A stretch of 64,000 nucleotides of DNA, taken from positions 11,408,001-11,472,000 of the forward strand of contig CM022679.1 of the NCBI GenBank assembly GCA_012295275.1, given 5' to 3'. Both the position numbers and the translations under genes were made by a program. Below, one piece after another: positions 1 through 13,339 of the stretch (positions within the stretch are counted from its first letter, which is position 1; every line of letters starts with the position of its first letter). The notes under the pieces are model-generated. The model was not told the DNA's origin. It did not search any database and saw nothing but the letters and a program-made list of their open reading frames with translations. This stretch comes from Chrysomallon squamiferum. Lineage: Eukaryota > Animalia > Mollusca.

Positions 1-30
1 TTTTTTTGTTTTAAATACAAAATTAATGAC

Positions 31-565
31 CTTTTGCATGTTTTCTCTGCCTCTTCAAAATCCGTTGAAAAATTTACAAGAAGATAACAGTTAGTTCCGT
101 AAGACTTCCAGTCTGGAAAATGATTATAATAAAGTGAATATAATCTTTTCAGAAAAAAAATACACAAAAACAACAAAACAAAAATCTTTGTTATTTACTA
201 TTTGAGCTGATCTGTTTTTGTTTAGTCATAGTTGAACCATCAAGTAGTCAGTGCAATAATTGTACATACGACAAAATTATGAAACAGAACGTTCTACACA
301 ATACTCTTTATATATTTTCTTATACAAATAAATTTATTTAATAATTATGATATAATTATAAAGCTTAGCTTTAGCTTAGTTTATTAATTTAGTTTTCTTT
401 CAAATGAATTATAACTTTCTAACATCAGTGACGGTTGCAGAACTTCAAGAATTGTGTCATTATTATGATGAATTTAACTTTCAGTGAATTTCATTAGAAA
501 TACAATAAAATATTTGTCGGCAGAAAACAAAAACCAAAGTGAGATCAACTAACGTATTATTTTTC

Positions 566-615
<50 letters not shown>

Positions 616-709
616 AAAAAGTTTTCCAAAACTACTCACCTTGTGGACATCCAAATGCTAGATCACCGAGTTTTGTGTAATGCATATCATCGATGGACTC
701 TGACAGTAA
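31..709 (-). CDS. C-type lectin domain protein, partial (exons 709-640 and 112-31; continues beyond window start; upstream exons possibly ~3098-2997 and ~3465-3415)
   Basis: Minus-strand exons with AG/GT borders splice in frame to LLSESIDDMHYTKLGDLAFGCPQ|DWKSYGTNCYLLVNFSTDFEEAEKTCK, the typical CTLD start (CPxxW...CY...F/WxxAxxxC). The upstream exons near 3.0-3.5 kb are only tentative. Confidence 0.7.
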
Positions 710-923
710 CTGAAAATGAAAGTGACAGTGATACTGAATTCGATGATGGGTAATATGGAACATTTTATGTAAATATTAGAAGTCATGAATTTAAATATAT
801 TATAGCAGTTGAAAATTTGTAGGTTTTTGTTTTCGTCGTTGTTACTGTTGTTGTTTTAGGGTTATTTTATTTATTTATTTATTATTCCATCAGTTTCATT
901 ATTATTATTTCAATTCACTTATA

Positions 924-957
<34 letters not shown>

Positions 958-3900
958 TAATATTATAATTTATTATTATTTTTTGTTATTGTTGTTGTTG
1001 TTGTTGTTCGTTATGGAGTGGAGATGGTGTTTTCAAGCAAACGTACAATGAATCTCCACCATTGAGCGGTCAAAGTACAAATGTTTCATCATCTTTAATG
1101 CTCAAATTGTGTGTTTTTTAAAAAGCATATGCTGATCTGAAAAGAAGGTTGTACTAACAGCTATCCAGATATTCATTTTATTATTATTTAAGTATTTTTT
1201 ATCTGATTACTAAATGTTGTTACACTATGAAATATATATTGTTTTTGCTAATTTTATTTAATCAGGCATGAGGATTGATATCACTGTTTTCAAAGTACTT
1301 TGGTTAGTTTTCCTAGTAGCACTGTTAGAAAAAAGTCCATCTAAATGTTTTGCAATACGCAGAATACCATAACAATAAATGTCCCTTTATAAAAAATTTA
1401 AAAAAAAAGATGATTTATATTTACTAACTTTGATCACGTTTTCAAACTAATTTAGAGAAACAAATCTGCTTCTTATCATAGAATATATAACTAAGTGTAT
1501 CACAAAAAGAAAACATCACAAAATCAAAACTGTTCGCTAATTTATGTATTTTTAAATATATTTTATTTAGTGTTTGTTACTGAAATAAAGATTCAGTATT
1601 CTACTGCATAGATGTTATATATATAATATCAAATGTAAAATGAAACAGTTTTCTTGTTTTTTCACTCATGTGCTTTGTCTCTCTGAAATACGATATTTCA
1701 CATGAAAAATTTTAGCCTAAAAGAAAGCTGGAATACAGTATTAAAATATTTAACGTCAGTCAAGTAAAGAGATTGTGTTCTTTCGTAAGGATAAGGGTAG
1801 TTCTTTCAAACAAATCTGTCAAGCAGGAAGAAATGTAACAAGAAGATAGTATATCAATTACAGTTTTCAGGGGTCAGAGCACAAGAGTTTGAAAAGAATT
1901 CTGCAAAAGATATAATTATATTACTTTTTTGTTTGAAAAAATATTTTTAATAGTAAAAATAGTAAAGCAAGTACTGCAACAGTAATCGCCATGTGCGTAT
2001 TAAACTGACTTGCACAAGTTAGAAATATTAAGAAAGGTATCATCTTGAATGTCAAAACCTTTATCATTTAGTTTTTTGTGTACAGTCGATGAAAATTATT
2101 TTATGTAACCGCGAATCTGCTTGTTTCAAAATATTAACATGAACCAAAGTATATGCTTTGTTAAATTGTAATCAGTTCCAATAATTTCTATGTATGTAAT
2201 GTTGTCACAATAAAAAAGGAATAATTTCAACCTACATGTGTACCAATGAGCTTGATATTATATTGTCATTCTTTATCCTTAGCAAAGTTTGATCGCTAAC
2301 ATTAATTAAGGTATCATTTGGAAGAATATAAAATTTATTTAGGAATTTTTTATCTGTTCCTCGACTGATTGAAACGCTGTTTCTCTGAAATTGTGTTCTA
2401 TACTTTTTACTGTCATAGAAGAAAAGAATAAAAATATCAATCTTTAAAAACAAATTATTATATATATTGCATTTCTTGGAGATAACACTGAATAATATTG
2501 TTAAAAGAAATGATGTAACATTAAAGACAGCAATATCGCTATCTTGGTACTTATTATTATGCAATTATTCACTTGAAGTTCACGGACACAAACGGAAAAA
2601 AAAACCTAGTCTGGTCATGTGGCGGAAACTGAGAGCATCACGGAGACCTACTGGTATCATTTTTCTTTAGAAACGCATTTTTATCTGCCTTTTCGTAGAT
2701 TATACGATACATAAATGGTTAAAAAAATGCAATGGAAAGGTAAGCCACAACATCATAAAAACTGGCTGTGTAGCAAATCTACACGTTTCTCTTGATCTTG
2801 TAACTGTTTCCAGAGATAATCTTAATGATATAACCAAAATATTAAACTGTATTTTTAAAAACAAAAACCTGCTAATTTGAATATTTCTAAATCACAACCA
2901 TTATATCTCTAAACCGTGAAAATAACTCTCACTAGCAGACCATTTTTTGCCTCAATTGCTCTTTTCATTCCAAAAGAAGGTAAACATTTTTCTAACATTA
3001 CAGTAAATCGGTATTGCTAGAGAGCTGGAGAATGGTCCCCAATTTTCATTGTTCAAAAAGTCTTTCACAGCAGTCCAAGAAACTTTGCTGACAGAAAGCT
3101 AAAAACAAATCTTTTAGAATTAATCATCTTTATTTCACTCATACAAATACCTAAATCTGTATTTCATTCATTATTAAGTGTGTATTTAATGTATTGTATT
3201 CAGATGTTTATATTTTAATTGCATACGTTTAATCATTTCTCTTTTGTAGTTCGATAAGGCAGTCAAAATCATTTCCTTTTTAACTGTTAGTATAATACAT
3301 TCAGCAATTACTAGTAGTCATTTCTATTAGTTTTAAGATATCATCATTTCAAAAAAATATTAATTATTTATTAGCATAAGTTTTTAAAAGTAAAAGAAAG
3401 AAAAAAAAACATACCGGACAGTAAGAACAAACCAAGAATAAAAAACCCATGTTCACTTCTCCCCATTCTGAATTTCCATCGGTCCACGCCAGCGGTAACT
3501 GTTATCCACACCCAAGACCGTGATCACGTGCTTAAAAAATCTGTACAGGGAAACTTCAGAAACACTTTAAGAAAAATAATGTTAACTTGTAAGTTACAAT
3601 TATATATTACATTTTAATGCGCTTTGTGTATTTTATTTTATTTCTTCTTCTTTTATTATTTTTATTTATTATTTTAGTAAAAAAATAAAAAATAAAAGAT
3701 TTTAATTATTTTGTATTTATTTTATTTTGAATATGTATATAATCACAACGGCCAAGTTTGCTGAAGCTTGAAATAAGGATCATATTTCTCAAGCTTGGCT
3801 AAAAAGGTGACTTGGGTATTCTGAGTAAACAGCAGTGATGAAGTGACCCAATAACAACAATGACAAAACGCAACAACCTGATAGCTCTAACCAGCAGTAT

Positions 3901-4357
3901 GTTCGCGTTACTGTATGCTTCAGCAAACAGAAAGTAGAAAATATTTTGGGGGATATAATTTTTTTTTATTATATGTCTTTTGTGGTTAACGTTAATAATA
4001 CGCATGTGGTACTCTAAAATAGGTTAAACTATTGTGTCGTTTGAACTGGAGAAACTGTTGTTGGTTAGTTTGTTTTACATCAGATAAGGGCAATTTCTTT
4101 ATCGTCTTTGGTTCAAATATTCACACATATATATGTTTAGTATCTTACATAGAAAGATTTAGTATTTGAGAACATTTATAACATATTAATCTGAAAATAT
4201 CCTAAAACTATAATGAAAGTTACTTTTATTATTAAATAACTTTTAATATAGTTTTAATTTATTATAGCAGATGGCTATTCTTACGAGGAATAGTAGTAAA
4301 CCTGTCAACAGTTCCATTAATATATATTTGACTTCAAGTAGTTGACAAATAATGGCA

Positions 4358-4364
4358 TATAAAA
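4358..4364 (+). promoter_or_regulatory. Candidate TATA box of pseudoprotease gene 1
   Basis: TATAAAA 45 nt upstream of the ATG at 4403; the AT-rich background makes chance occurrence possible. Confidence 0.4.
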
Positions 4365-4402
4365 TTCAAAACCACATAGTTCGAGGTTATTCTTATTTAA
4401 AT

Positions 4403-7133
4403 ATGTTTCAAACTGTACTTCTTCTGGTGCTGGCTGGTAAGCTCAGAATTTTTTGTTTGTTTGCAAATCTGTATTATATATGCTCGTGAATATTTTTGTA
4501 TACGTGTATGCGTGTGTCTTTATCTATGTATTTGTTACGTTTAAGTTTTTCTAGCCGGATTAGCTATAGGATTTAGCATCGATTTATCTGAAGAGACTTT
4601 TCATATAAGACTTGGAATATTTGGTCATGAGTGTCAGGATGAATTTATAAATAATTTATTTCATATATTAAATTGGGAAAATCTGCGATGAGTGTTGGGA
4701 TAAACATTTTAAATAACTGTTTTCAATAAATTATTAATGTATCGTAATGTTATAAGTAAGGTTATGGCTAGGGTTATTTCTTGGGCTAAGGTTAGTGTTA
4801 GGGAAGGTGTTCTTTTTTTAAGTTATGACAGTCTGTCTAAAAGGTATATAGTTTAAAAAGCATACAATATATTTAGTATTACATATAGGGCTTCTGTTAA
4901 CAATATTAGTAACAGCATTAATATATGGTTTAAAATATTATATAGGTTCAGTATGGGCAGATCCAACATCTTATATAGTTGGTGGTTCTGATGCAGACAT
5001 TGCTGACTATCCGTACACCTGTTCACTGAGATACTCAGGCGTACATTCATGTGGGTGTGTCATTATTTCACCTACAAAGATATTAACGTCAGCACAATGC
5101 GTGGATGGGCGGGAGTAAGAACATTTGTTATTTAATTCCATTATTTATATAATGTAATTAAAAATAAAGGAAAATAAATTTTATTCTGTAAAAAGAAATA
5201 AAACCTATATGATAAGTAAAGACAAATTCTTTATAAAAAAAAAAAATATTAATCAAATCTGAAATTAAAGAACAAGTTTAAAAATTTAAATAGGTAGTTT
5301 CTTCTTAAGGCTGACAAAGTTGATATAAATATCTAAAATAATAAATTTTATTTTACAGAATTCATTTATTTTCTGTAGTGGCTGGCAAATCAGATAGAAC
5401 CGAAGGTGTTCCTGTATCTCTTACAGATGTACATATGGTAAGTAACATTATGAACATCAATAACTCCAAAACAAAAATTAAGACAGGCATATAAACAGTT
5501 AGCTATACAAATAGGCTGACATAGAGAGAGACAGATAGACAAACTGACAGATAGACAAAAAGACAGACAGACAGACAGATAGGTATGTTCGTACATACGT
5601 CGCCGCAGAGAGATAGATGGATATATTAAAAACGTTTAAATAAACCTCAACCTATTTTAATGTTACAACAGCTGAATGAACAGAAAAAAAATACCATTAC
5701 CGCATAACGATGATATCGTTATCATCTGGCCTTATTTATGCAATTCTTGAATGAATTAATGAATGTCTGTTTAAACATTCCATAACAGATTTGCACGATT
5801 GAAACATGAGGTTTTAAATAAGTAATACTAAGGAATGTGGCGAAGAATTTTAATCAAGTATAGAATTTTAATCAGTTCTGAAAATGATATTTAACAGTTT
5901 CAAAATATGCTGTGCAAAAGATCATTAGTATATACTGGAATATGGAACCATTTATCTCTTTCACATTCAATAAAATCAGTAATCTTACTTTCGTTATTTC
6001 AGCACGAAGAATTCAATACAGGTTCGTACACCTTATATAATGACCTGGCCATTGGTTTTCTAGAGACACCGCTGGATTTAAATGATCCTGGCATAGAAGC
6101 TGGGATAATTCCAAGAGCGGGAGAAAGTTTTGAGGGAAGCCTCTGTCACGTAACAGGATGGGGCCGTCTAAATGGTAAATTAGATCAGACAAGTTTTAAA
6201 TTGTCAGTAGTCTAAACTGTCTTCCTCAGGTGGGTCGTAAGAGAATGAAGTCGTCTAAAAGCTCTGCACTAAGCAGCTAGCTAGGTGATTTGACAATAAG
6301 TTTGAATAAAGGAACATTGTTAGATCATTTCTCTAGCATAATTTGTTTGGCAATCATATCTTTGAAATATCATAGCAAGCTGAGACGTTCACTAATATAC
6401 AAGGATGTTAAAAAACCATGGGAAAACAACCCACACTCTTGGGTTACATACCAGTTGTTCTGTTTGTTTCTTTTTTGTTTTTTTGTTTTTGTTGTTGTTG
6501 TTTTTTGAAAGAGTAGAGAATTTATTTATTGTTTGTACATTTAAAATTCTGTATCAGTAAAAAAATAAAATGATATTGAAAAAGGGGGTAGTAATTAATT
6601 CCAATACAAAAATCAAATTAATTAATTAATTTAGACGATTTTTCTAAACATATTAAATACTATCTCAGCATAAGGCTGTTTCATACAAAGCTTTTGTAGT
6701 TTGTCTCCAAATATTATTCATTAACTAGATATGGTCATAAGCGTCAAACTGAAGTGACATTACATATAATTTTATGGATCACTGAGAAAAGAAAATATCA
6801 GGTTAGCCGCTTTTTTTCTTTCTTTCTTTCTTTTTTTTTTTTTTTTCGTGTCTTTTTTATTTATTTTTTACTAGGATTCCTTTCAAATGATGAATACAAT
6901 GTTAGTAATACTAGGAAGCTCATATGATTATCCATGCATTAAAATGTTTTGTTTTAAACAGTTTTAACAATACTGGGATACAAGGTGTAACTTGAACACA
7001 ACCCGTTTTCTGCAGGATATATATATAGAGAGAGCTTATGATGTTATTAACAAAGTCAGCTGATGTATATATATTTTTTCTAGTTATAATTCTATATTCT
7101 AATAGTAAAATTATTATTGTTTAATTATCGTTA

Positions 7134-7200
<67 letters not shown>

Positions 7201-8350
7201 AGTGGAACCTCGGGTTACGAACGCCTCGAATCTCGAACAAATCGGATTACGAACCGTGATCTTGGGCAATTTTTGTCTCGGTTTACGAATAATGTCCTGA
7301 GTTACGAACTACAGCCACGACAAGATTTCGATTTTGACATCAACATTTAGCAAAGAGATCTGCAACCAATTAAGCTCGTAACCCGAGGTTCGACTCTATT
7401 AGTATTAGTATTATTTTAATATTAATAATTATGCTGACCTTAATTATGAATTACAGAATAATACTGGTAAACGTTAAACAATTTCAAAATGAGCTGAAAG
7501 TTCACCGATACACAATTATTAGCTTATTTGTAATGGTTTTTAGGATCTTTGCCAGAGTTGCCTAACTTACTGCAAGTGACCAACACGACTGTGATAGATT
7601 CTGCAAGCTGCCAGGCTGACGTAGGTCTAGGTCACATTGGTGAAGGTCACATTTGTACAAAGCAGATCAGTTCCTCGATCTGCGTGGTGAGTTAACAGAA
7701 ACAAAAAATAGGATATTTATTCACATTCGAAAACATTAAGAGAAAAAGACTGTACTTGCCATTGAAAGAAGTATTTTACTAACACTAGTATTAGTGTAGT
7801 AGACGTGTAGGAAAGTAATAATAGCATCAGCAGCAACTGTAGCAGTAATGATAGTAAGATTTGTAGTGAAATTTAGAGTAGTAGCAGAAGCAACACCAGA
7901 TATAATATGAAATAATATAAGTATTGGTGTAGCGGTTTTCTTACGTGTATTAAAAATACCAATAACAGTACTAGTAGTTGTTGTAATGCTATGAAAAGAG
8001 AAATTAAGAAGGAAAAAACGAGTTTTAGGAAAACAGAATTTAACCTCCAATTCTGACTCACAATATTTCATTCTAATAAATATAAAATTTAAATATCAAG
8101 AGCACAAATAATACGTTATTTTCTTTACCATGTTTATTATAATTACTACTATTATTAGTATTATTATTATTTATAGAATGTATTTTATTAGTTATTGTTT
8201 ATTTAGGGCGATTTGGGAAGCCCTTTGATGTGTGATGGGAAGATAGCTGGTATAGCCTCCTGGCACATCATTATAAATGACGTGTGCAGCACTGATCATC
8301 CAAACGTGTTCGTCAAATTAAGTCATTATCTGAATTGGATTGAAAACTGA
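4403..8350 (+). CDS. Secreted S1A serine-protease homologue 1 (catalytically dead; ~246 aa). Exons 4403-4436, 4946-5114, 5359-5437, 6003-6174, 7544-7686, 8207-8350
   Basis: All introns GT-AG and in frame (741 nt). Signal peptide MFQTVLLLVLAGSVWA, DPTSY|IVGG, HSCGCVII, LTSAQC (His->Gln), NDLAI (Asp kept), TGWG, GDLGSP (Ser->Leu), LNWIEN*. AATAAA at 8376. Confidence 0.92.
7138..7199. repeat. (TAT)n microsatellite; similar tracts at ~571-614, ~927-956, ~11198-11252, ~11713-11769, ~37712-37773
   Basis: Perfect TAT/ATT trinucleotide runs read directly. Confidence 0.95.
7200..7396. mobile_element. Tc1/mariner-pogo (Tigger-like) MITE in intron 4 of pseudoprotease 1
   Basis: 21-bp TIRs: CAGTGGAACCTCGGGTTACGA (7200-7220) and TCGTAACCCGAGGTTCGACTC (7376-7396), 19/21 complementary, with TA on both sides (7198-7199, 7397-7398). 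Internal (T)ACGAA sub-repeats; no ORF. Confidence 0.85.
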
Positions 8351-8407
8351 AAATACAGCTGGTACTTGTCATCGAAATAAAATAAATATAATTATTGCAC
8401 TTTGTCA

Positions 8408-8850
8408 GTTTTGTTGTTGCTCTATCTGCTTTTTCATTACTTTGTCCCTTGTGTCAAGTTTGTCTTCTTGAAACTTTATTCCTTCTTGGAGATGGCTAAC
8501 GATTGGCATGACACTTGATACACTTGGACTCTAAAGCAACTATCTACAGGGTTTTGCGCCGATCACCTCCAAGTCTCTTTCTTTCTTCACTTTTGCTGTG
8601 GGGTTATTTCTTGTCGCTTATTTCTTACTTTGCTCATTACGATCTTGACTGGTTTCCGCTGGTCATCCTTTCTCTACGGACATTTCTGTACTCTTTCACT
8701 TAAAATAACTCGTTCTTGTATCCTTTCATCCGTTGACTTAGTGTTTCAGAATGTCGTACATTTCATGCTGTTTTTGTCTAGGTATTCCTGCTTATCAGAA
8801 TTTTGCTTATCTTTTCTGGCTTTCCTAACAGTTGTATGATGCATGTATCC
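8408..8850 (-). mobile_element. Decayed 3' end of an RTE-like non-LTR retrotransposon
   Basis: Purine-rich minus strand with a broken frame PVKIVMSKVRNKRQEITPQQK*R, resembling the RTE C-terminal 'PxKxxxxxxxGKRxRGRPxxRW' region, ending in a short (CAA)n tail near 8410-8420. Confidence 0.4.
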
Positions 8851-9386
8851 GAAATTAATATATTTGACAGATGAAGTTGTATCGTGATTACCAAACTGGT
8901 AAGCATCATTTATATATTATTTATTATTACTATTTATTATTATTATTTTTATTATTTTATTACTTTGTTGTTGTTTTTTCGGTTGTTATTTTATTTTTTT
9001 ATTTTTTTTTTGTTGTTGTTTTGTTGTCTTCTTTTTTTTTTAAGAAAAGAGTTTTGTTTTGAAAAATAATCTATTTAGCTATTAAAATGCTTGAAAAACA
9101 CCATTTTTTTTAATGTTCATTTCTAAGTAAGTTATAAGCTGTGAGTTTAAGCTGAGAATAATGCGGTTTTATCATTACAACATTTTTTTTAAATAAGATA
9201 AAATAAAAACTGAAGTAATGAAGTAAACATGAAAAAGCACCAAAAACAAACAGTTTATTAATCGTTCTATAAAGACAAATAAAAACAGATGTTAGTTTTC
9301 CCAGACTACAGCTGTGATTAATCAATTCAGAACATAACAAGCATATTGCACCAATATTTCATTGTACACTTTACATGTTCGACATA

Positions 9387-9904
9387 ATGTGGTCCATGCA
9401 GGTTGTTACCTTTTCAGTATTGATCAGTAAGTATCTAAACTGAATAAAAACACAAACTAATATGGTTTCTTTTGTTAAAGTTAAGTATCAAATTATCAAA
9501 TATAGTATTAAGTGCATAAAATGATATTTGATAACATGAAACTTAACACTAATTTCTTTTTAAGAACAACAACAACAACACATATACACACACAGTAACT
9601 TGGAAATATACTGAAAGTATTTAGGCAACGATTTATACACACTGTGCCAGTAAAACGTTAATAAATCAACATTAATCATGAACTTCATCGGGAATCCGAA
9701 AGAATTAAATTAAATTAAGTTTTTTGTTGGGAGTCAGTATTATTTTAAAAAACAAACTACCCCCGTTAACTGTGAATCAATTACTGATAGAAGATTTGAT
9801 TTATAATATATAATTTATGTCTCGGGAAAGATAAACATGTCGAGTATGAAAATAAAATCAGAGTGGTGACAGCTGATTTTTTCATATATAAAATAAATTT
9901 ATTT

Positions 9905-9937
<33 letters not shown>

Positions 9938-10479
9938 TATATACACATACATTCAAACATACATACATTATTATCTTTTTTTTTAATTATTGCACTAGAT
10001 TATTAAATATATTTATTTTATTTTAATCACCATCATCGTCGTCGTTATTATTATTATTACAAACAGAAATGTTCTACATTTCAGTTCAGATGGTGTATTA
10101 ATGTTTAAGTAGAATAATGTATGGTAGCACTTAAAACCATGTGTAATAAATATAATAAATTATCTGATTTTTCTTTTAAGTTCCCTGATGTTATTGTTAT
10201 TGTTTTTATTTTTTTTCGACAAGATGTCCTTTTAGCCATACCTGGAGATCGAATAATTGGAGGCACCGATTCAAACATAGCAGACTTCCCTTACATTTGT
10301 TCTTTGGTGTACTCTGGATATCACACGTGCGGCTGTGTCATCATATCAGCAAGCAAGATTCTTACGACAGCTCAATGCGTCGATGGGAGAAAGTGAGAAA
10401 TCAAAATCAAACTTATAGTGACAGAAGTTTTGGAGACCTTAGGAGAGATGTGAGAATAGTGGAGTGTCATGTTTACAGT

Positions 10480-10563
<84 letters not shown>

Positions 10564-11197
10564 TAATATAAATTTCTAATCATTGGCTATATTAAATTAG
10601 TTAACAAAATGGCTTAAATGAAAAGGAATGTTTTTTTGTCCTTTTTACAAAGTCATCTTTATCTTAAATACTACATTACATAAAATAATACATTTTATAG
10701 TTATTAGTACAGACTGAAATATAATACAGAAGCAGTAGTAGTAGTAGCAATAGCAATAGCAATAGTAGAAATAGGAGGAATAGGTGTAGTAGTAGTAGTA
10801 CTAGTAATTTCTAGTATTGTCCATTTTGTAGGTGTTGTGTGTTGGTAGTATGTCATTTATCGATGATAATACTTTAGTATATAATTACATTTCTTCACAG
10901 CCCAAGCCTCTTGGGAATTGTTGCTGGACATACAGATAGAACAAAAGGGGTTGTTATACCACTGCAAGACGTCAAAATGGTTAGTGTGCATTTACGTTTG
11001 TCATGCACCATCGTTTATTCCAGGAATCTATTTTTAACGTGTTCTATTAATTTAAGATTAATTTCTAATACAAAAAGATATGGTACCGATATAAAGCTGG
11101 TTAATGGCTGGCTGTATCGTAGCAGATACATTCTTGTTTAAGTCTTTATATGTAAATCATAACAAAAGCATTATGTTTTATTTTCCCCTAGATTAAT

Positions 11198-11253
<56 letters not shown>

Positions 11254-11711
11254 TCCGTTTTAATTAGCATGAAGGATTCAATACCGGAATTTATAAATCG
11301 TACAACGATGTCGCCATTGGAAACCTAGAGAGTCCACTTGACCTTTCGAATCCTCTGATAGAGGCAGCGACATTAGCAACAGGATCAGATGACTTTGCTA
11401 ATCAAACCTGTGTTTTCACTGGCTGGGGGAGCACCAACTGTGTGGCTTTATTATTATTTCTATTTATCTCTTTCAATATGAGTTTAGTTGTTTATCGACA
11501 TTACAAAATTAAAAACAAATATAATTCGAAAGTATAGTTTAATTACTATAAAAACAAGAAAATATAATTTGTGGAATCCACAAGGGTAGAATATCTAAGG
11601 TTTTTTTTTTTTTTTTTCATAATAATATCTGATTATTTCATTCCGTCGATAAATGTTTACTTATAAAACAGTTATGGGTGTTCTTACGTTCTCGAGTTCC
11701 TTACGAGTTAG

Positions 11712-11749
<38 letters not shown>

Positions 11750-12446
11750 GATTATTATTATTATTATTATGTCATCATCATTTATTTATGTATTATGTTG
11801 GCTAAGCAAATACAGGCATCGATTAAGAAGCACGTGTATTTTTATTTTTTTTAAATCTCTCTTGGTTAAAGGTTCGAAATAATTTTGAAATATTGCTGTC
11901 TTTCAGCAACCACTGTATTCCCGACTATTCTTCAAGAAGTAAATTTAACTGTTATATCCAATGAAGTTTGTCAAAATAATTTTACTACCATTAATATTGG
12001 CGAAGGTCAACTTTGTGTACACGAGGATTACAAAACAATTTGCCTGGTTAGTTTAATTTTCAAAAATGCAGTTATTCTTTTGTTTTGTTTTGTATATTTG
12101 ATTTTGTTTTTCTTTCTTTTGTTCTTTTCTTTTTTTAATTGTTTTTATTTGGGGGTTTTTCTTTATCGTTTTTCATTTCTTCCTCTTCTTCTTCTTCTTG
12201 TATATAAAAATATCATCTACATATCTTAAAATACAAACATCTAAACATTTCTAAGCTGTAAAAGCCATCTAAATTGTAATTTCAATCTGTTATTTTTTAA
12301 AGGCTGATTTGGGAAGTCCTTTAATTTGTAATGGAGTAGTCGCTGGTTTGGCGTCTTTTGGAGTGCTCGAGGATGGAACATGTAGTTATACCTATCCAGC
12401 AGTGTTCACAAGAATTAGTTATCACAAGGACTGGATTATGAAATAG
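9387..12446 (+). CDS. Secreted S1A serine-protease homologue 2 (catalytically dead; ~247 aa). Exons 9387-9426, 10224-10392, 10901-10979, 11268-11439, 11907-12046, 12303-12446
   Basis: Same exon sizes and phases as paralogue 1 (169/79/172/140/144 nt). PGDR|IIGG, HTCGCVII, LTTAQC (His->Gln), NDVAI, TGWG, ADLGSP (Ser->Leu, Gly193->Ala), DWIMK*. AATAAA at 12493. An in-frame upstream ATG exists at 9375. Confidence 0.92.
10483..10560. repeat. (AG)n microsatellite
   Basis: Perfect AG dinucleotide run of 78 nt in intron 2 of pseudoprotease 2. Confidence 0.97.
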
Positions 12447-13339
12447 GAGAGCCATACAGAGTATGATACAGAACAGATATATAATAATATTTAATAAACA
12501 CTTTCTGTTGTGTTATCTTTCTATATTTTGCATGTAAACATGAATATTTACAACAGTCTATATTGCTATCTATTAAAAAAACATCAGATTTCAATAATAA
12601 AATATATTTTAATATCTTTCTTCTCTCCCTTTTGCATTCATATACAATTTTAGAATGACAGTGTGGCAAAAAGCCCACTGTAAGCAAGACATTAGATGGC
12701 TGCTTCCACTGAAGCTAGTCGACTCAATCCAGATGCAAGTTATCGAGGCTCAATCACGTACAAAATATTACAAATATTTCAAGACAGAAATAATCAAGAA
12801 AACAATACAGATATGGGGGGGACTTTTCTTGCTCCACGATATGAAAGAAATATATTACATACATTATATCTCAAGAAGATTAATGGGGGCAAGATATTTA
12901 TAGAAAAAAGGCCCAGATGTATTACGTTTTCATCTCTCTTTTAAATCAAAAATGTATTACACTATCTGTAGTAGTAAACATTTCTTAATTACCTCCCCTT
13001 TATTTATCACCTTCGGGGATCATCGGCATACATTACGAGGTTTACCATGGGGGGAATAAAATGAACCGGTGTTAGACATACACCAGCAAAAGATACCCAG
13101 TCATAAAATCAATCTGTAATTTTCTTCTCCGGCGTTCTTTTTTTCTTTCTTTCTTTCTTTGTTATTTTATTTTATTTTATTTTATTTTATTTATTTATTT
13201 ATTTATTTATTTAATTCTTATAACTTTTCTGAAACGATATTTTAGAGTTAAAACTATAATAAATATATCCAGATTTCAAAATTGATCTAATACTTGTAAT
13301 AGGCTATGATTTAAATTGTATCAAAACTCAACCGTAGAG

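Noticed and set aside
4755-4805. TTAGGG-like degenerate repeats
   Set aside because: Only a few imperfect units in an intron; not enough for an interstitial telomere call.
7117-7350. ORF with poly-Tyr
   Set aside because: Translation of a (TAT)n microsatellite running into the MITE; intronic.
12655-12944. Two overlapping 82-aa ORFs downstream of pseudoprotease 2
   Set aside because: No recognisable domain or splice context; at most a decayed retroelement fragment that I cannot assign.
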